From a virus: a DNA stretch of 64,000 nt. Under the pieces are notes generated by a model. That model worked only from the letters and a program-made list of their open reading frames with translations, was not told the DNA's origin and searched no databases. The position numbers were made by a program, and so were the translations under genes. The stretch lies in the IMG/VR virus record IMGVR_UViG_3300029922_000013, positions 1 to 64,000 of that record; one strand, 5' to 3'. Position 1 is the first letter of the stretch. The number at the start of each line of letters is the position of its first letter. This document shows, in pieces, positions 1-8,455 of this stretch.

Positions 1-175
1 TGCTCAGGTGTATGGGAATGCATGGGTGTCTGGGAATGCATGGGTGTCTGGGAATGCTCAGGTGTCTGGGAATGCTCAGGTGTATGGGAATGCTCGGGTG
101 TCTGGGAATGCTCAGGTGTATGGGAATACTCGGGTGTCTGGGAATGCATGGGTGTCTGGGGATGCTCGGGTGTCT
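1..175 (+). repeat. 18-bp coding tandem repeat (~9.5 copies)
   Basis: GGTGT(C/A)TGGGAATGC(TCA/ATG/TCG) units encoding the hexapeptide repeat. Confidence 0.9.
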
Positions 176-388
176 TTACAGAAGCATTGCTATGTATTTC
201 ATTGTGAAAGTTACCCTATAACCGTAACACCTCAAAATGTATCCATAGGATGTCAACTAAAAACCCATAAAGAATGGTTAAAAGTTACTAAAAAACAGGC
301 GGTCGAAATGGGTTTAAACATATCCTTGTATGCCACTTATAAAGACTTGATTAAAATAGGCGTCAAAGCTGTAACTCGAAAGGATTGA
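1..388 (+). CDS. Hexapeptide-repeat (left-handed beta-helix-like) phage protein, 5' truncated
   Basis: Tandem V[SY]GNA[WQR] repeats followed by a C-terminal IGCQ-x-K domain; repeats continue to the window edge. Confidence 0.75.
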   Translation, partial: AQVYGNAWVSGNAWVSGNAQVSGNAQVYGNARVSGNAQVYGNTRVSGNAWVSGDARVSLQKHCYVFHCESYPITVTPQNVSIGCQLKTHKEWLKVTKKQAVEMGLNISLYATYKDLIKIGVKAVTRKD

Positions 389-421
389 CATACATTGTGT
401 ATCACTGAAAGGGGTTATGGT

Positions 422-646
422 ATGGGATTTAATTTTACATGCTTTAAATGTAATGGTGCCATGAATGGTTATGCACGATACTTTGATAAGGATCGGTGTT
501 ATCGGTGCGAGGGTAGGCCTAGCTCATTGGCCTATGACTTAGAAGTTAACCTAGTCATTGAGGATATCAAATACGATTTGGAAGCTAGGGGTTATTCCCC
601 ACAATTGATTTCATTCATTACTGATATCATTGGAGAAAAGCTATAA
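422..646 (+). CDS. Small Cys-rich hypothetical protein
   Basis: ORF track 395..646; ATG at 422; two CxxC pairs. Confidence 0.6.
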   Translation: MGFNFTCFKCNGAMNGYARYFDKDRCYRCEGRPSSLAYDLEVNLVIEDIKYDLEARGYSPQLISFITDIIGEKL

Positions 647-735
647 GTTGTATATCGCCCTACACACTGGCTAATACTTAAACATCTCCTATTCATTAAC
701 CTATTAAATAACCCAATGACTGCGGGTTAGTGTTT

Positions 736-751
736 TGGCATTCCCTATGCA
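736..751 (+). promoter_or_regulatory. sigma54 (-24/-12) promoter
   Basis: TGGCATTCCCTATGCA, GG-N10-GC spacing, intergenic, 40 bp before ATG 791. Confidence 0.75.
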
Positions 752-790
752 ATACCTATCTACATAACGAACGAATAGGAGCTAACGAAT

Positions 791-937
791 ATGAAGACTG
801 TAATTGAGCCAGATGGTAGGGGTTATAGGGTTTTGATCTATCCAAATTTCGGTTATGTTCAAATGACTACCTGGATTCCCACATTGAAAGAAGCTATGCA
901 AGCGGCGTTACGCATTCAAATACTGGGTAGGAGATAA
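791..937 (+). CDS. Hypothetical protein (48 aa, not in ORF track)
   Basis: AGGAG RBS then MKTVIEPDGRGYRVLIYPNFGY...LGRR*. Confidence 0.65.
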   Translation: MKTVIEPDGRGYRVLIYPNFGYVQMTTWIPTLKEAMQAALRIQILGRR

Positions 938-939
938 TT

Positions 940-1140
940 ATGGGCACCAAATTGACAAATGAAATCGAAGTCTTGAAGGCTATTGATAACGTACGCTTAG
1001 AACTTGCTAGCGCTGTCAAGCTAGGGGATTATGACGCCAAAAATGAAGCCTTGCAACGACTACTAGGGTTATATGCGGCGCTTGACGTTCACAATGTAAT
1101 CGTGGCTATTGAACGCATTGAATATCGGAAGGCTGCTTAA
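940..1140 (+). CDS. Hypothetical protein
   Basis: AGGAG RBS, operon-packed. Confidence 0.7.
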   Translation: MGTKLTNEIEVLKAIDNVRLELASAVKLGDYDAKNEALQRLLGLYAALDVHNVIVAIERIEYRKAA

Positions 1141-1154
1141 TCGAAAGGATTGAT

Positions 1155-1553
1155 ATGAATAAACTTGAAGCATTGGCACGGTTTTTGGAATGCGAAGTAA
1201 ACGAAGTAGAATGCATGAGATACGACGATAATGCATTTGAAAATGGACGCGAAGAATATCTAGTCCTAACAGACAATGAAGCCGACGAATATGCAACCAA
1301 GGCTATCCTTGACTCTGTGTGGGCATTCCGCGCATCGTTTTTGGAAGCTCATATATCAGACCTTGACGAAAGTTGTATTCAAAAAATACAAGAGCTTTGC
1401 GAGGATGCTAACCCTGTATTGCTTAAGCTACTCAATGACAAAGCCCATTTCGTTGACGACGCTGTATTATCGGATGGACGCGGGCATTTCATTGGTCAAT
1501 ACGACTTCGAAGAACATGAGCAAGGTGAGTATTTCATTTATAGACTGAACTAA
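1155..1553 (+). CDS. Acidic early protein (possible DNA mimic)
   Basis: D/E-rich, EEYLVLTDxEAD and DGRGHF motifs, AAGGA RBS. Confidence 0.7.
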   Translation: MNKLEALARFLECEVNEVECMRYDDNAFENGREEYLVLTDNEADEYATKAILDSVWAFRASFLEAHISDLDESCIQKIQELCEDANPVLLKLLNDKAHFVDDAVLSDGRGHFIGQYDFEEHEQGEYFIYRLN

Positions 1554-1633
1554 TCGACTAAGCATTATACATTTGATAACGCGCTATACACCATGCTAAA
1601 ATGGTATGCTGAACTATATTCAATAGTTAGCTA

Positions 1634-1649
1634 TGGCATTCCCCATGCA
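1634..1649 (+). promoter_or_regulatory. sigma54 promoter
   Basis: TGGCATTCCCCATGCA upstream of 1692. Confidence 0.75.
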
Positions 1650-1691
1650 TTACTTAGATGCATAACGAAACAATAACAAAGGAGTTTTACA

Positions 1692-2387
1692 ATGGCTTAT
1701 AAATTCGATATCCTGTCTAAGACACATAAATCGTCGTTTGCTAACAAGTCCACGAACTCGCTAGGAAAAACAACTAGCGAATCTTATGAAGACAAAATTA
1801 TCGGACCAATCCTTAGACGATTGAATAAAAATAGTCCTACACACTGCGCAATTTTGGTCGGGCATCCAAGCGGTCTATTGAGACACATTATCCGTTATCG
1901 CAAAATGGGATTTCAAGACGCTAATATCGTGGTATTTGAATGGTGCCCTAAACTTGCGGCTAAACTGCGTCGCTTTGTCCAGCTAAAAGGTCTCAAGTGT
2001 CAAGTAATCGAAGGGGATTTAATTGCAGGGGTTGAAAGGTTAGCTGCAATTGGTCATAAGTTTAGTTGTGTCGAGTTTGACAGTGTTGAAATGTTTGGTC
2101 GCGCTGAACCACGCGTCTTTAGTTTGGTTAAGCATTTGAATATCCCTGTAGTTGTAACTCAGGGTAGTGCTAGGGGTCAATCTCTTGCTTTTAAAGAATA
2201 CTTGAGAGAAAAAGGGCATCGTCAGTCATGGTGTAAACAAAATAAACGTTTGAGTTTTTCTCTCAATGAAAAAGCCCCTGTCTATGTAAAAAACAAGTTG
2301 TCAGGCTACGCTAGTTGGTTTAAAACTTATGGTGGACTTAACAATTTCCCTATGTACATGTCTGTATCAATCGCGAAAGGGGTTTAA
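1692..2387 (+). CDS. Basic hypothetical protein, possible degenerate SAM-methyltransferase fold
   Basis: AAGGAG RBS; VVFE..., VIEGDL and VEFD strand pattern; function weakly supported. Confidence 0.6.
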   Translation: MAYKFDILSKTHKSSFANKSTNSLGKTTSESYEDKIIGPILRRLNKNSPTHCAILVGHPSGLLRHIIRYRKMGFQDANIVVFEWCPKLAAKLRRFVQLKGLKCQVIEGDLIAGVERLAAIGHKFSCVEFDSVEMFGRAEPRVFSLVKHLNIPVVVTQGSARGQSLAFKEYLREKGHRQSWCKQNKRLSFSLNEKAPVYVKNKLSGYASWFKTYGGLNNFPMYMSVSIAKGV

Positions 2388-2388
2388 T

Positions 2389-2586
2389 ATGACACAATTA
2401 ATTAGTCGTTCTAAAGCGATTCAATTGCTCATTGAAAGTAAAAAATTCAATAGTTTTTCGAAGGAAGAACTACAGGAAATACTCAATGATTCCGAAGAAG
2501 CTTATTATGACACACTTGAAACGCCACAACTAGAATTAGAACTTGGAAGCATTTTAAATAGTCGTATTCAAATCGTAAATGATTGA
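2389..2586 (+). CDS. Hypothetical protein
   Basis: ORF track 2329..2586; ATG 2389 after AAGGGG. Confidence 0.65.
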   Translation: MTQLISRSKAIQLLIESKKFNSFSKEELQEILNDSEEAYYDTLETPQLELELGSILNSRIQIVND

Positions 2587-2598
2587 AAGGAAATAAAA

Positions 2599-3192
2599 AT
2601 GAGCAAGCTAGCTAAACTGACTAAAACTAATAAAGAATATGACAACGTGGTAACAAAGGGCTATCAGGATATCCTCTTGGAAAGTTTGGAGGATTTGGAT
2701 ATACCATTTGACGCTTATAATACCGTAGTTGAGCCACTAGAGTTCGAATCAAGAGATGGTTTTTGGGCGCATGATCGAAATAGAGGAGGTGCCGACTTTA
2801 TAGCCTTTACGACTACAGGGTTTTTACATGGTTCCGGAGAACATACAAGCACTAGCATTGAGAATAGAATTGAAGAAGAATATGAAAGTATTTGGAAGGA
2901 TACACTTGCTGATAACCCTGAATTAGATCCTAACAATGAAAGTCATTTAAATGATCTTTACGAAGCCCTAGACAACACTCTCAATAACGACTATTGTGGT
3001 CAAGCTTTTAGAATTCGGCTTATGTATGAAGGGAATGGCGTGCTACTGGTACACTCGGGATGGGACAACGACGCGCCCTATTTTCGTTGGAGTAACAAAA
3101 CTGATTTGGAGCAAGAAATCAAGTTCAAAACCAAAAGTGAATTGAAACAAAAGCTTGTAAAGGCTATTGCAAAAGCTCTTAAAAAACTGTAA
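2599..3192 (+). CDS. Acidic hypothetical protein
   Basis: 197 aa, AAGGA RBS. Confidence 0.75.
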   Translation: MSKLAKLTKTNKEYDNVVTKGYQDILLESLEDLDIPFDAYNTVVEPLEFESRDGFWAHDRNRGGADFIAFTTTGFLHGSGEHTSTSIENRIEEEYESIWKDTLADNPELDPNNESHLNDLYEALDNTLNNDYCGQAFRIRLMYEGNGVLLVHSGWDNDAPYFRWSNKTDLEQEIKFKTKSELKQKLVKAIAKALKKL

Positions 3193-3201
3193 AGGATTAA
3201 T

Positions 3202-3366
3202 ATGAATAAACAAAATGCTCTAAATGAAGTATTGGAAGCGGCTCGGGATAGAGCGGATTATCTTGAAAAATTAGCTTTTGAATGCTCTAATTACCGGGAG
3301 CGTAAAGATTTTAAAGATAAAGCGGATAATATAAGACTAGCATGCGCTGAGTTAGATAGGAGTTAA
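3202..3366 (+). CDS. Hypothetical protein (54 aa, not in ORF track)
   Basis: AAGGA RBS, MNKQNALNEVLEAARDRADYLE... Confidence 0.65.
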   Translation: MNKQNALNEVLEAARDRADYLEKLAFECSNYRERKDFKDKADNIRLACAELDRS

Positions 3367-3368
3367 AT

Positions 3369-3623
3369 ATGAATGGTCAATATAAAGTTTGGCTTGAACG
3401 TAAAGATTACAGAACTAAAAGCATATTTGACGGTGAGATAATGAATTGGTCTGAAATTCAACAATTACTAGGCGCTAAGCTATTGGAGTGTAACAAAGCC
3501 GAAATGCATCCGGAAGGCACCGGCTATGAATTGTATGGGAGTTATCAAGCGGCTAGCGGCGAATTCCTACCTTTCAAATATTCCCTGTCATTTGAAATAG
3601 TCCAGGGAGATCAAAATGCGTAA
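3369..3623 (+). CDS. Hypothetical protein
   Basis: AGGAG RBS. Confidence 0.7.
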   Translation: MNGQYKVWLERKDYRTKSIFDGEIMNWSEIQQLLGAKLLECNKAEMHPEGTGYELYGSYQAASGEFLPFKYSLSFEIVQGDQNA

Positions 3624-3774
3624 ATATATAGTATGCATCGACCGCAGCCATCCGGCCTATTTGAAACGCGGCAAAGTTCGGCGGCATTCAGATACTGGAA
3701 TGATTCTAATCGAATGGTGTACGTGGTCCTATATCTGTACATGGGTATTTAAAGACGAACTAAGTGGGATATAG
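3616..3774 (+). CDS. Hypothetical protein (52 aa, not in ORF track)
   Basis: GGGAG RBS; stop codon lies inside the first bipartite motif. Confidence 0.55.
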   Translation: MRKYIVCIDRSHPAYLKRGKVRRHSDTGMILIEWCTWSYICTWVFKDELSGI

Positions 3775-3818
3775 GTCAATTTTGACACATGTCTTCAATG
3801 ATTACTAAAAGTGAATTT
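3772..3818 (+). repeat. Bipartite intergenic motif, copy 1 (others near 4379, 5051, 5624, 6035, 7528, 10415)
   Basis: TAGGTCAATTTTGAC ... AAAAGTGAATTT with invariant 32-bp offset between boxes. Confidence 0.8.
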
Positions 3819-3830
3819 CGAAAGGAACAT

Positions 3831-4373
3831 ATGATTAAATCTAATACGATTGCAAAACTTGAGAATCAACTAACCACACTGACCAAGGATTACAATGAAA
3901 AATCGTCAGTCATTCAAAACAAATTGCGAAACGAATACGTCAAAGCATTTGAATCAACTTGGTCTGGCGTAGTAACTGACACACTTAAGGCTTTGAACGA
4001 TACTAAAGAGTATGATACTGATAGCCACGGTGAGATTAGACGTTGGGCATACGTGCGCAGTGCCCTAGACCAAATCCCTACAGAGGCACGCGAAGCATTT
4101 GAAGCGCATGTTAATGACTTGGAATGCGCTTATATTGACTGGGAAGTAGGGACGGTTTACACGTTGGAATGTGGTAACTTGATTATCAATGACGACGGCG
4201 ATGTATTAGATACGGATTCGGGAAAATGGGTTATTCAAAATCATGAATACGATGATGATACTCAAAGGAATAACCTTATTGAGCAATACATGGAAAAGTC
4301 AGGATACTATCCTAATGTGTTTAAACAAGACCGTCACGGGAATGTATTTTGGGTTAACACTAAAGCAGCCTAG
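3831..4373 (+). CDS. Acidic hypothetical protein
   Basis: ORF track 3789..4373; ATG 3831 after AAGGA. Confidence 0.75.
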   Translation: MIKSNTIAKLENQLTTLTKDYNEKSSVIQNKLRNEYVKAFESTWSGVVTDTLKALNDTKEYDTDSHGEIRRWAYVRSALDQIPTEAREAFEAHVNDLECAYIDWEVGTVYTLECGNLIINDDGDVLDTDSGKWVIQNHEYDDDTQRNNLIEQYMEKSGYYPNVFKQDRHGNVFWVNTKAA

Positions 4374-4437
4374 GGATATAGGTCAATTTTGACATAGGTT
4401 TGAGCTGACACACAAAAGTGATTTTGAGGTAACACAT

Positions 4438-5040
4438 ATGAATAACCAAGGATTTTCTTTAATCGAGTGTATGGTTGCTCTAGGTTTAGTATCGGCTGCA
4501 ACTTTGGCATTAGCGCAACAGACTGTCAATTCTAGCCTAACCCAAAACTATGCCGACTTCCGTTTAGAAACTAATTCGCTTGCGAGTTCATTAGTCGGGA
4601 ATGTCAGTAATGACGCAGGTTGTACCAGTGCATTCCAGGGAGTCACATTTGACCCTGCTTTGACTGATATCCCATTGACTTTGACGCTACCTAACAAGAC
4701 GATAGCAGCCGGCACGGCATTGCCTAATTATAAACTAACAGTCAAAGGCTTGACGTTTAGCAATTACAAGGTTATCCAAGTGAACAACGGCATAACAGTT
4801 TACTTTGGCGACTTAGTGTTGACAACCCAAGCACTGCGAAATGTCTTGGGACCTAAAACTAGTAGCATTACTCTCAATAGTGTTTACTTGACGGCTAGTG
4901 GCGCTGTAACCGCTTGCAATCAAGCATTGACTTTGACGCTACCTAGTCCGGTACCGACTCCCACGCCGACGCAAGTTATTCCTACGCCAGTAACAGACGA
5001 TAATGCGACTAGGACCAATACCGATCCATGCCAACATTGA
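4438..5040 (+). CDS. Type IV prepilin-like protein
   Basis: Class III signal NQG/FSLIECMVALGLV with Glu at +5, Cys pair in body, Pro/Thr tail. Confidence 0.8.
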   Translation: MNNQGFSLIECMVALGLVSAATLALAQQTVNSSLTQNYADFRLETNSLASSLVGNVSNDAGCTSAFQGVTFDPALTDIPLTLTLPNKTIAAGTALPNYKLTVKGLTFSNYKVIQVNNGITVYFGDLVLTTQALRNVLGPKTSSITLNSVYLTASGAVTACNQALTLTLPSPVPTPTPTQVIPTPVTDDNATRTNTDPCQH

Positions 5041-5108
5041 GCAGGCCCTATAGGTTAAATTTGACACATATATCTGGATTAACACAATAGTGATTTTTAG
5101 GAGGCAAT

Positions 5109-5618
5109 ATGCAACAGTTTAAAAAAATCCATGCCAAAGTACAGAGATTAATTAAATCGAGCGGCGCGCACGTTGTTCCTTTCTATAAAGTCCAAAACAC
5201 TATGTCTAAAAGAATGCTCGGTTATTCAACAGGCGCGTATAGCTCTCGGTTTGATGTTATAGCAATTAACACGCTTGATACTTATAAAGGAACATTGCCT
5301 TGGAATATCAACGTAACCCTTTTGCACGAACTCATTCATTGGACGGGCCATGAGAAGAGGCTCAATCGAAAAAGCGTTACGAGAAAAATAGCGCGTATAA
5401 ACACACAAACATACCACACAGAAGAGGCTATCGCTCAATATGGTATGTATTATCTTGCTATCGAGCTTGGATTTGACAAAAAACATTATGCCAAGGTTTT
5501 ACGTGCGTACTTAAAAGAATATCCTTTAGCCGATAGAGTAAAAGCCAGAAAAGCTGCTAAGGCCGCAACCACATACCTACTGAGCCTTGGTAAGGATCTA
5601 AAATTGCAAGCAGCCTAG
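5109..5618 (+). CDS. Zincin-like metallopeptidase (ArdC C-terminal / MPTase-PolyVal type)
   Basis: TLLHELIHWTGHEKRLNR ... YHTEEAIA. Confidence 0.8.
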   Translation: MQQFKKIHAKVQRLIKSSGAHVVPFYKVQNTMSKRMLGYSTGAYSSRFDVIAINTLDTYKGTLPWNINVTLLHELIHWTGHEKRLNRKSVTRKIARINTQTYHTEEAIAQYGMYYLAIELGFDKKHYAKVLRAYLKEYPLADRVKARKAAKAATTYLLSLGKDLKLQAA

Positions 5619-5686
5619 TCCCCAGGGTCAATTTTAACATGTGTCTGTAGGAATTTATAAAAGTGTTTTTAACAAAGGAGAATGAT

Positions 5687-6064
5687 ATGCTAAAGAAGAA
5701 CGCGATGCGCTGGGTTAAGGCTTTGAGGAGCGGGAAGTATAAGCAGGGGGCTAGTAAGTTATGCCAAAATCCGGGTGCTGGAATTGAGCATTGTTGCTTA
5801 GGAGTGCTCGCCGATATTAACGGTTATAGCAAGGAGTTGATCCGAGGAAGAGCGATACTAGATCTCCCTGGCATGCAAGAAAAGTGCGACATTAAATCTG
5901 CCAGTGGTAAAATTCGGGATGACATTAATAATATTAGTAAAACTATCACTGTTAGAAGCGGCACCCGCAAATTTATGTCCGTTGATCTAGCCCATATAAA
6001 CGATGAAGGCGCTAGTTTTAAGGCTATAGCTACGTGGATCGAAAAGAATTATAAATTGTTGTAA
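5687..6064 (+). CDS. Conserved phage hypothetical protein
   Basis: WVKALRSGKYKQG...CCLGVL...ND.G.SF..IA.WIE family pattern. Confidence 0.75.
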   Translation: MLKKNAMRWVKALRSGKYKQGASKLCQNPGAGIEHCCLGVLADINGYSKELIRGRAILDLPGMQEKCDIKSASGKIRDDINNISKTITVRSGTRKFMSVDLAHINDEGASFKAIATWIEKNYKLL

Positions 6065-6092
6065 TTTACAGAAGTGAATTTTGGGAGGAAAT

Positions 6093-6341
6093 ATGCTTTT
6101 AAAAGAACTACTAGATGCGAAAGAAGCTAAAAGAGTTTCGGAACTTAATGAACTCAAATGCTATACAGATCGCGTTGTTGGCGGAATCCAAGTGGCTATT
6201 AGCCAAGGTAAAACCTCGATCTATTTTTTATCTTTATATTTCAATACTTTCCCCAAAATAATGGAAGAGTTGACAGCAAAAGGGTACAAAGTAACAAAAG
6301 AGCCCCTGTCTGATTGGTGCGTCTCGTGGAAAAATAGTTAA
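6093..6341 (+). CDS. Hypothetical protein
   Basis: GGAGG RBS. Confidence 0.7.
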   Translation: MLLKELLDAKEAKRVSELNELKCYTDRVVGGIQVAISQGKTSIYFLSLYFNTFPKIMEELTAKGYKVTKEPLSDWCVSWKNS

Positions 6342-6353
6342 AGGAGATGGTTA

Positions 6354-6779
6354 ATGGTATACTTATTGCTTATTCTTTATCAAGCCAAACATTTTCTCGC
6401 AGACTTTCCTTTGCAGACACAGTATATGCTGGGCAAGTTTAAGAAGTCTCCTAACTTTATATTACCGCTATTAGCGCATGTAGCTGTACACGGTATGGGT
6501 ACATTTTTAATTGCCTCATACTTTAAACCTAAAAGTGCTTTTTGGCTGGCGCTACTAGATATGTCAGTGCACTTTGTGGTGGACAGGATCAAGGCTAGTC
6601 CTACGCTTGGTGGACGATGGAAGGCTCTTACAAAGGATACTTACGCAGCTGCTGTACAAGCCAATGATCAAGACGCTTTGAAAGGAAATACTTATTTTTG
6701 GTTCGCATTAGGCACTGATCAGCTGGCGCATCATTTAACCCACTACTTTATTATTTGGAGGTTACTGACCAACAACTAA
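6354..6779 (+). CDS. DUF3307-like membrane protein
   Basis: KHFLADFPLQ, H...H, HFVVDRIK and DQLAHH motifs with TM segments. Confidence 0.8.
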   Translation: MVYLLLILYQAKHFLADFPLQTQYMLGKFKKSPNFILPLLAHVAVHGMGTFLIASYFKPKSAFWLALLDMSVHFVVDRIKASPTLGGRWKALTKDTYAAAVQANDQDALKGNTYFWFALGTDQLAHHLTHYFIIWRLLTNN

Positions 6780-6842
6780 ACACTGTCTAAATAATAACCA
6801 GACAAAAATTGTCACGAAGTAATAAAACCAAGCAGTTAGCGG

Positions 6843-6858
6843 TGGCATGAAGATAGCA
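6843..6858 (+). promoter_or_regulatory. sigma54 promoter
   Basis: TGGCATGAAGATAGCA upstream of 6891. Confidence 0.75.
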
Positions 6859-6890
6859 TTACTTAGTACCGTAACCAAGGAGAAAAACAA

Positions 6891-7292
6891 ATGTTGACTA
6901 AATCAAATAAAGTATTCGTATCCGCTGAACTTTCTGGCAAGTCTGACAGTATCAATCACCAAAATCATATCAAGGCTCTTAATCTGCTTAAGCGCGAAGG
7001 TAGCAATTTCGCAGTAGTCAAGGGAGTTTATAAGAATGTAGCTGAATCCACTTTCATGCTCTATGCCGATAGCGCCAAGGACCACGCCGAGAATCTCTCG
7101 ATCGCTTTGAACTTGGGTGCACTGTTTAACCAAGAAAGCGTGCTCGAAGTTCACAATGACGATACAGCGGTGTTGCATTATGTAGCAGGCAATTCGGAGA
7201 AGATTGGACAGTTTACGGAAGTGAATGAAGCTGAGGCTTTGACACATAACTGTTACACATTTTCCAATGGCCGTTATTATGTGGTGCGGTAA
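6891..7292 (+). CDS. S-adenosylmethionine lyase (T3 SAMase-like anti-restriction protein)
   Basis: VSA..N..H, GVY...E, FNQESVL, GQFTEV and CYT..GRY match the T3 gp0.3 pattern as recalled. Confidence 0.75.
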   Translation: MLTKSNKVFVSAELSGKSDSINHQNHIKALNLLKREGSNFAVVKGVYKNVAESTFMLYADSAKDHAENLSIALNLGALFNQESVLEVHNDDTAVLHYVAGNSEKIGQFTEVNEAEALTHNCYTFSNGRYYVVR

Positions 7293-7308
7293 TGAAAAGG
7301 AGAATTAT

Positions 7309-7545
7309 ATGAAGAAAAAGTTATGTCAGATTTGTAACGTATGGTTAGACAAAACTGAATTTGGGTCCGACAAAAGCAGGAAAAAAGATGGCTTGTCTTT
7401 AAAATGTAAATTATGCGATAAAATTAGAAATAAAAACTACTGTGATAGAAATCGTGATAAAATTAATCTCAGAGTAAGAAATTACGATAGGCTTCAAAGA
7501 TTTCTTAGAGAATCGGATATCGAGGGGTGGATTAAACGTATCTAA
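7309..7545 (+). CDS. Zinc-finger protein (resembles N-terminal module of HNH/EndoVII nucleases)
   Basis: CQIC...EF...KDGL..KCKLC, no nuclease domain. Confidence 0.6.
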   Translation: MKKKLCQICNVWLDKTEFGSDKSRKKDGLSLKCKLCDKIRNKNYCDRNRDKINLRVRNYDRLQRFLRESDIEGWIKRI

Positions 7546-7580
7546 TTATACTAAATATTTACAGAAGTGAATTTTATATA

Positions 7581-7657
7581 CCGCCGTGGTCGGGGCTGGT
7601 CGCTCCAAAGGCTCTTATAAGGCTTTGACCTAGGTTCAATTCCTAGGCGGCGGACCA
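7581..7657 (+). tRNA. tRNA-Ile(UAU)-like, atypical D-arm, encoded CCA
   Basis: Acceptor CCGCCGT/GCGGCGG, anticodon arm AGGCT-CTTATAA-GGCTT, T arm CTAGG-TTCAATT-CCTAG, ACCA end. Confidence 0.8.
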
Positions 7658-7674
7658 ATTTTAAGGGTATTGAT

Positions 7675-7893
7675 ATGAAACATATAAAAGTACTTTACGC
7701 GAAAAAAAAGGATTTGAAGGTGCTCATAGCCGCAATGTCCCTTTATAAGGACTATCTGGATCTTTTAGTAGTAAAAGACAATTCAAATATAAAACAAACG
7801 GCTATAGCACGCCGAAATAGAGCCAAACAAATTCTCTTAGCTCTTCAAGATAAAAGAGTAACTGAAGAAGACTTGAAAGAATGGGAGCCTTAA
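7675..7893 (+). CDS. Hypothetical protein
   Basis: ORF track, AAGGG RBS. Confidence 0.65.
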   Translation: MKHIKVLYAKKKDLKVLIAAMSLYKDYLDLLVVKDNSNIKQTAIARRNRAKQILLALQDKRVTEEDLKEWEP

Positions 7894-8330
7894 TGCGATA
7901 TATTTGTTTATTCCTGCTATTGCTAAGTGGTTGCGGTCAACAACCCGCACCTACAATGCCTGCGCATGTAGATCCACTACTGGTTCCTTATTTTGCTAAG
8001 TTCACACAATACATAGGCGTTAGAACTGACAACATATCGGCGGGTTTTGTTTCACTTACCCTACCTAGGGTAGGCCAATGTAGCTTGTACGACGACGGCA
8101 GTAGAATTATCCAAATCGATCCCATTTATTGGGCAAAAATAGGCGATGACCTGAAGGAACAACTTGTGTTTCATGAGCTTGGACATTGCGCTATGGGACT
8201 TCAACATATTAAGGACGTGGACGCTAATAATTGCCCTGTAAGTATTATGTTTCCGTCTGTCTTTGGTGATACGCCTTGTTATATTAATAATAAGTATCGA
8301 TATTACCAAGAACTAGAGCTGTACAAGTGA
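7893..8330 (+). CDS. Lipoprotein zinc metallopeptidase
   Basis: Lipobox LLLSG-C; HELGHCAMGLQH zinc motif; SIM Met-turn. Confidence 0.8.
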   Translation: MRYICLFLLLLSGCGQQPAPTMPAHVDPLLVPYFAKFTQYIGVRTDNISAGFVSLTLPRVGQCSLYDDGSRIIQIDPIYWAKIGDDLKEQLVFHELGHCAMGLQHIKDVDANNCPVSIMFPSVFGDTPCYINNKYRYYQELELYK

Positions 8331-8404
8331 ATAAGTATACTACAACTGTATCAAAGTTCTTCAGTCTGGTTTTGTTCAATAGTTGAAATGAATAGTTTAT
8401 TAGT

Positions 8405-8420
8405 TGGTATCTTGGTTGCA
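8405..8420 (+). promoter_or_regulatory. sigma54 promoter
   Basis: TGGTATCTTGGTTGCA upstream of 8456. Confidence 0.7.
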
Positions 8421-8455
8421 TTATATAGAAATGTAAGTTAACAAAGGAGTCCATA

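Noticed and set aside
1-221. 18-bp repeats as a CRISPR array or DGR; alternative-frame ORFs 12..221 and 22..207
   Set aside because: No spacers and no reverse transcriptase; it is a coding hexapeptide repeat, and the other frames are open only because of the repeat.
3131-3145. AAAAGTGAATT resembling box 2 of the bipartite motif (also at 16141)
   Set aside because: No box 1 at the 32-bp offset; the 3133 copy is inside a CDS and the 16141 candidate is 5 bp out of register.
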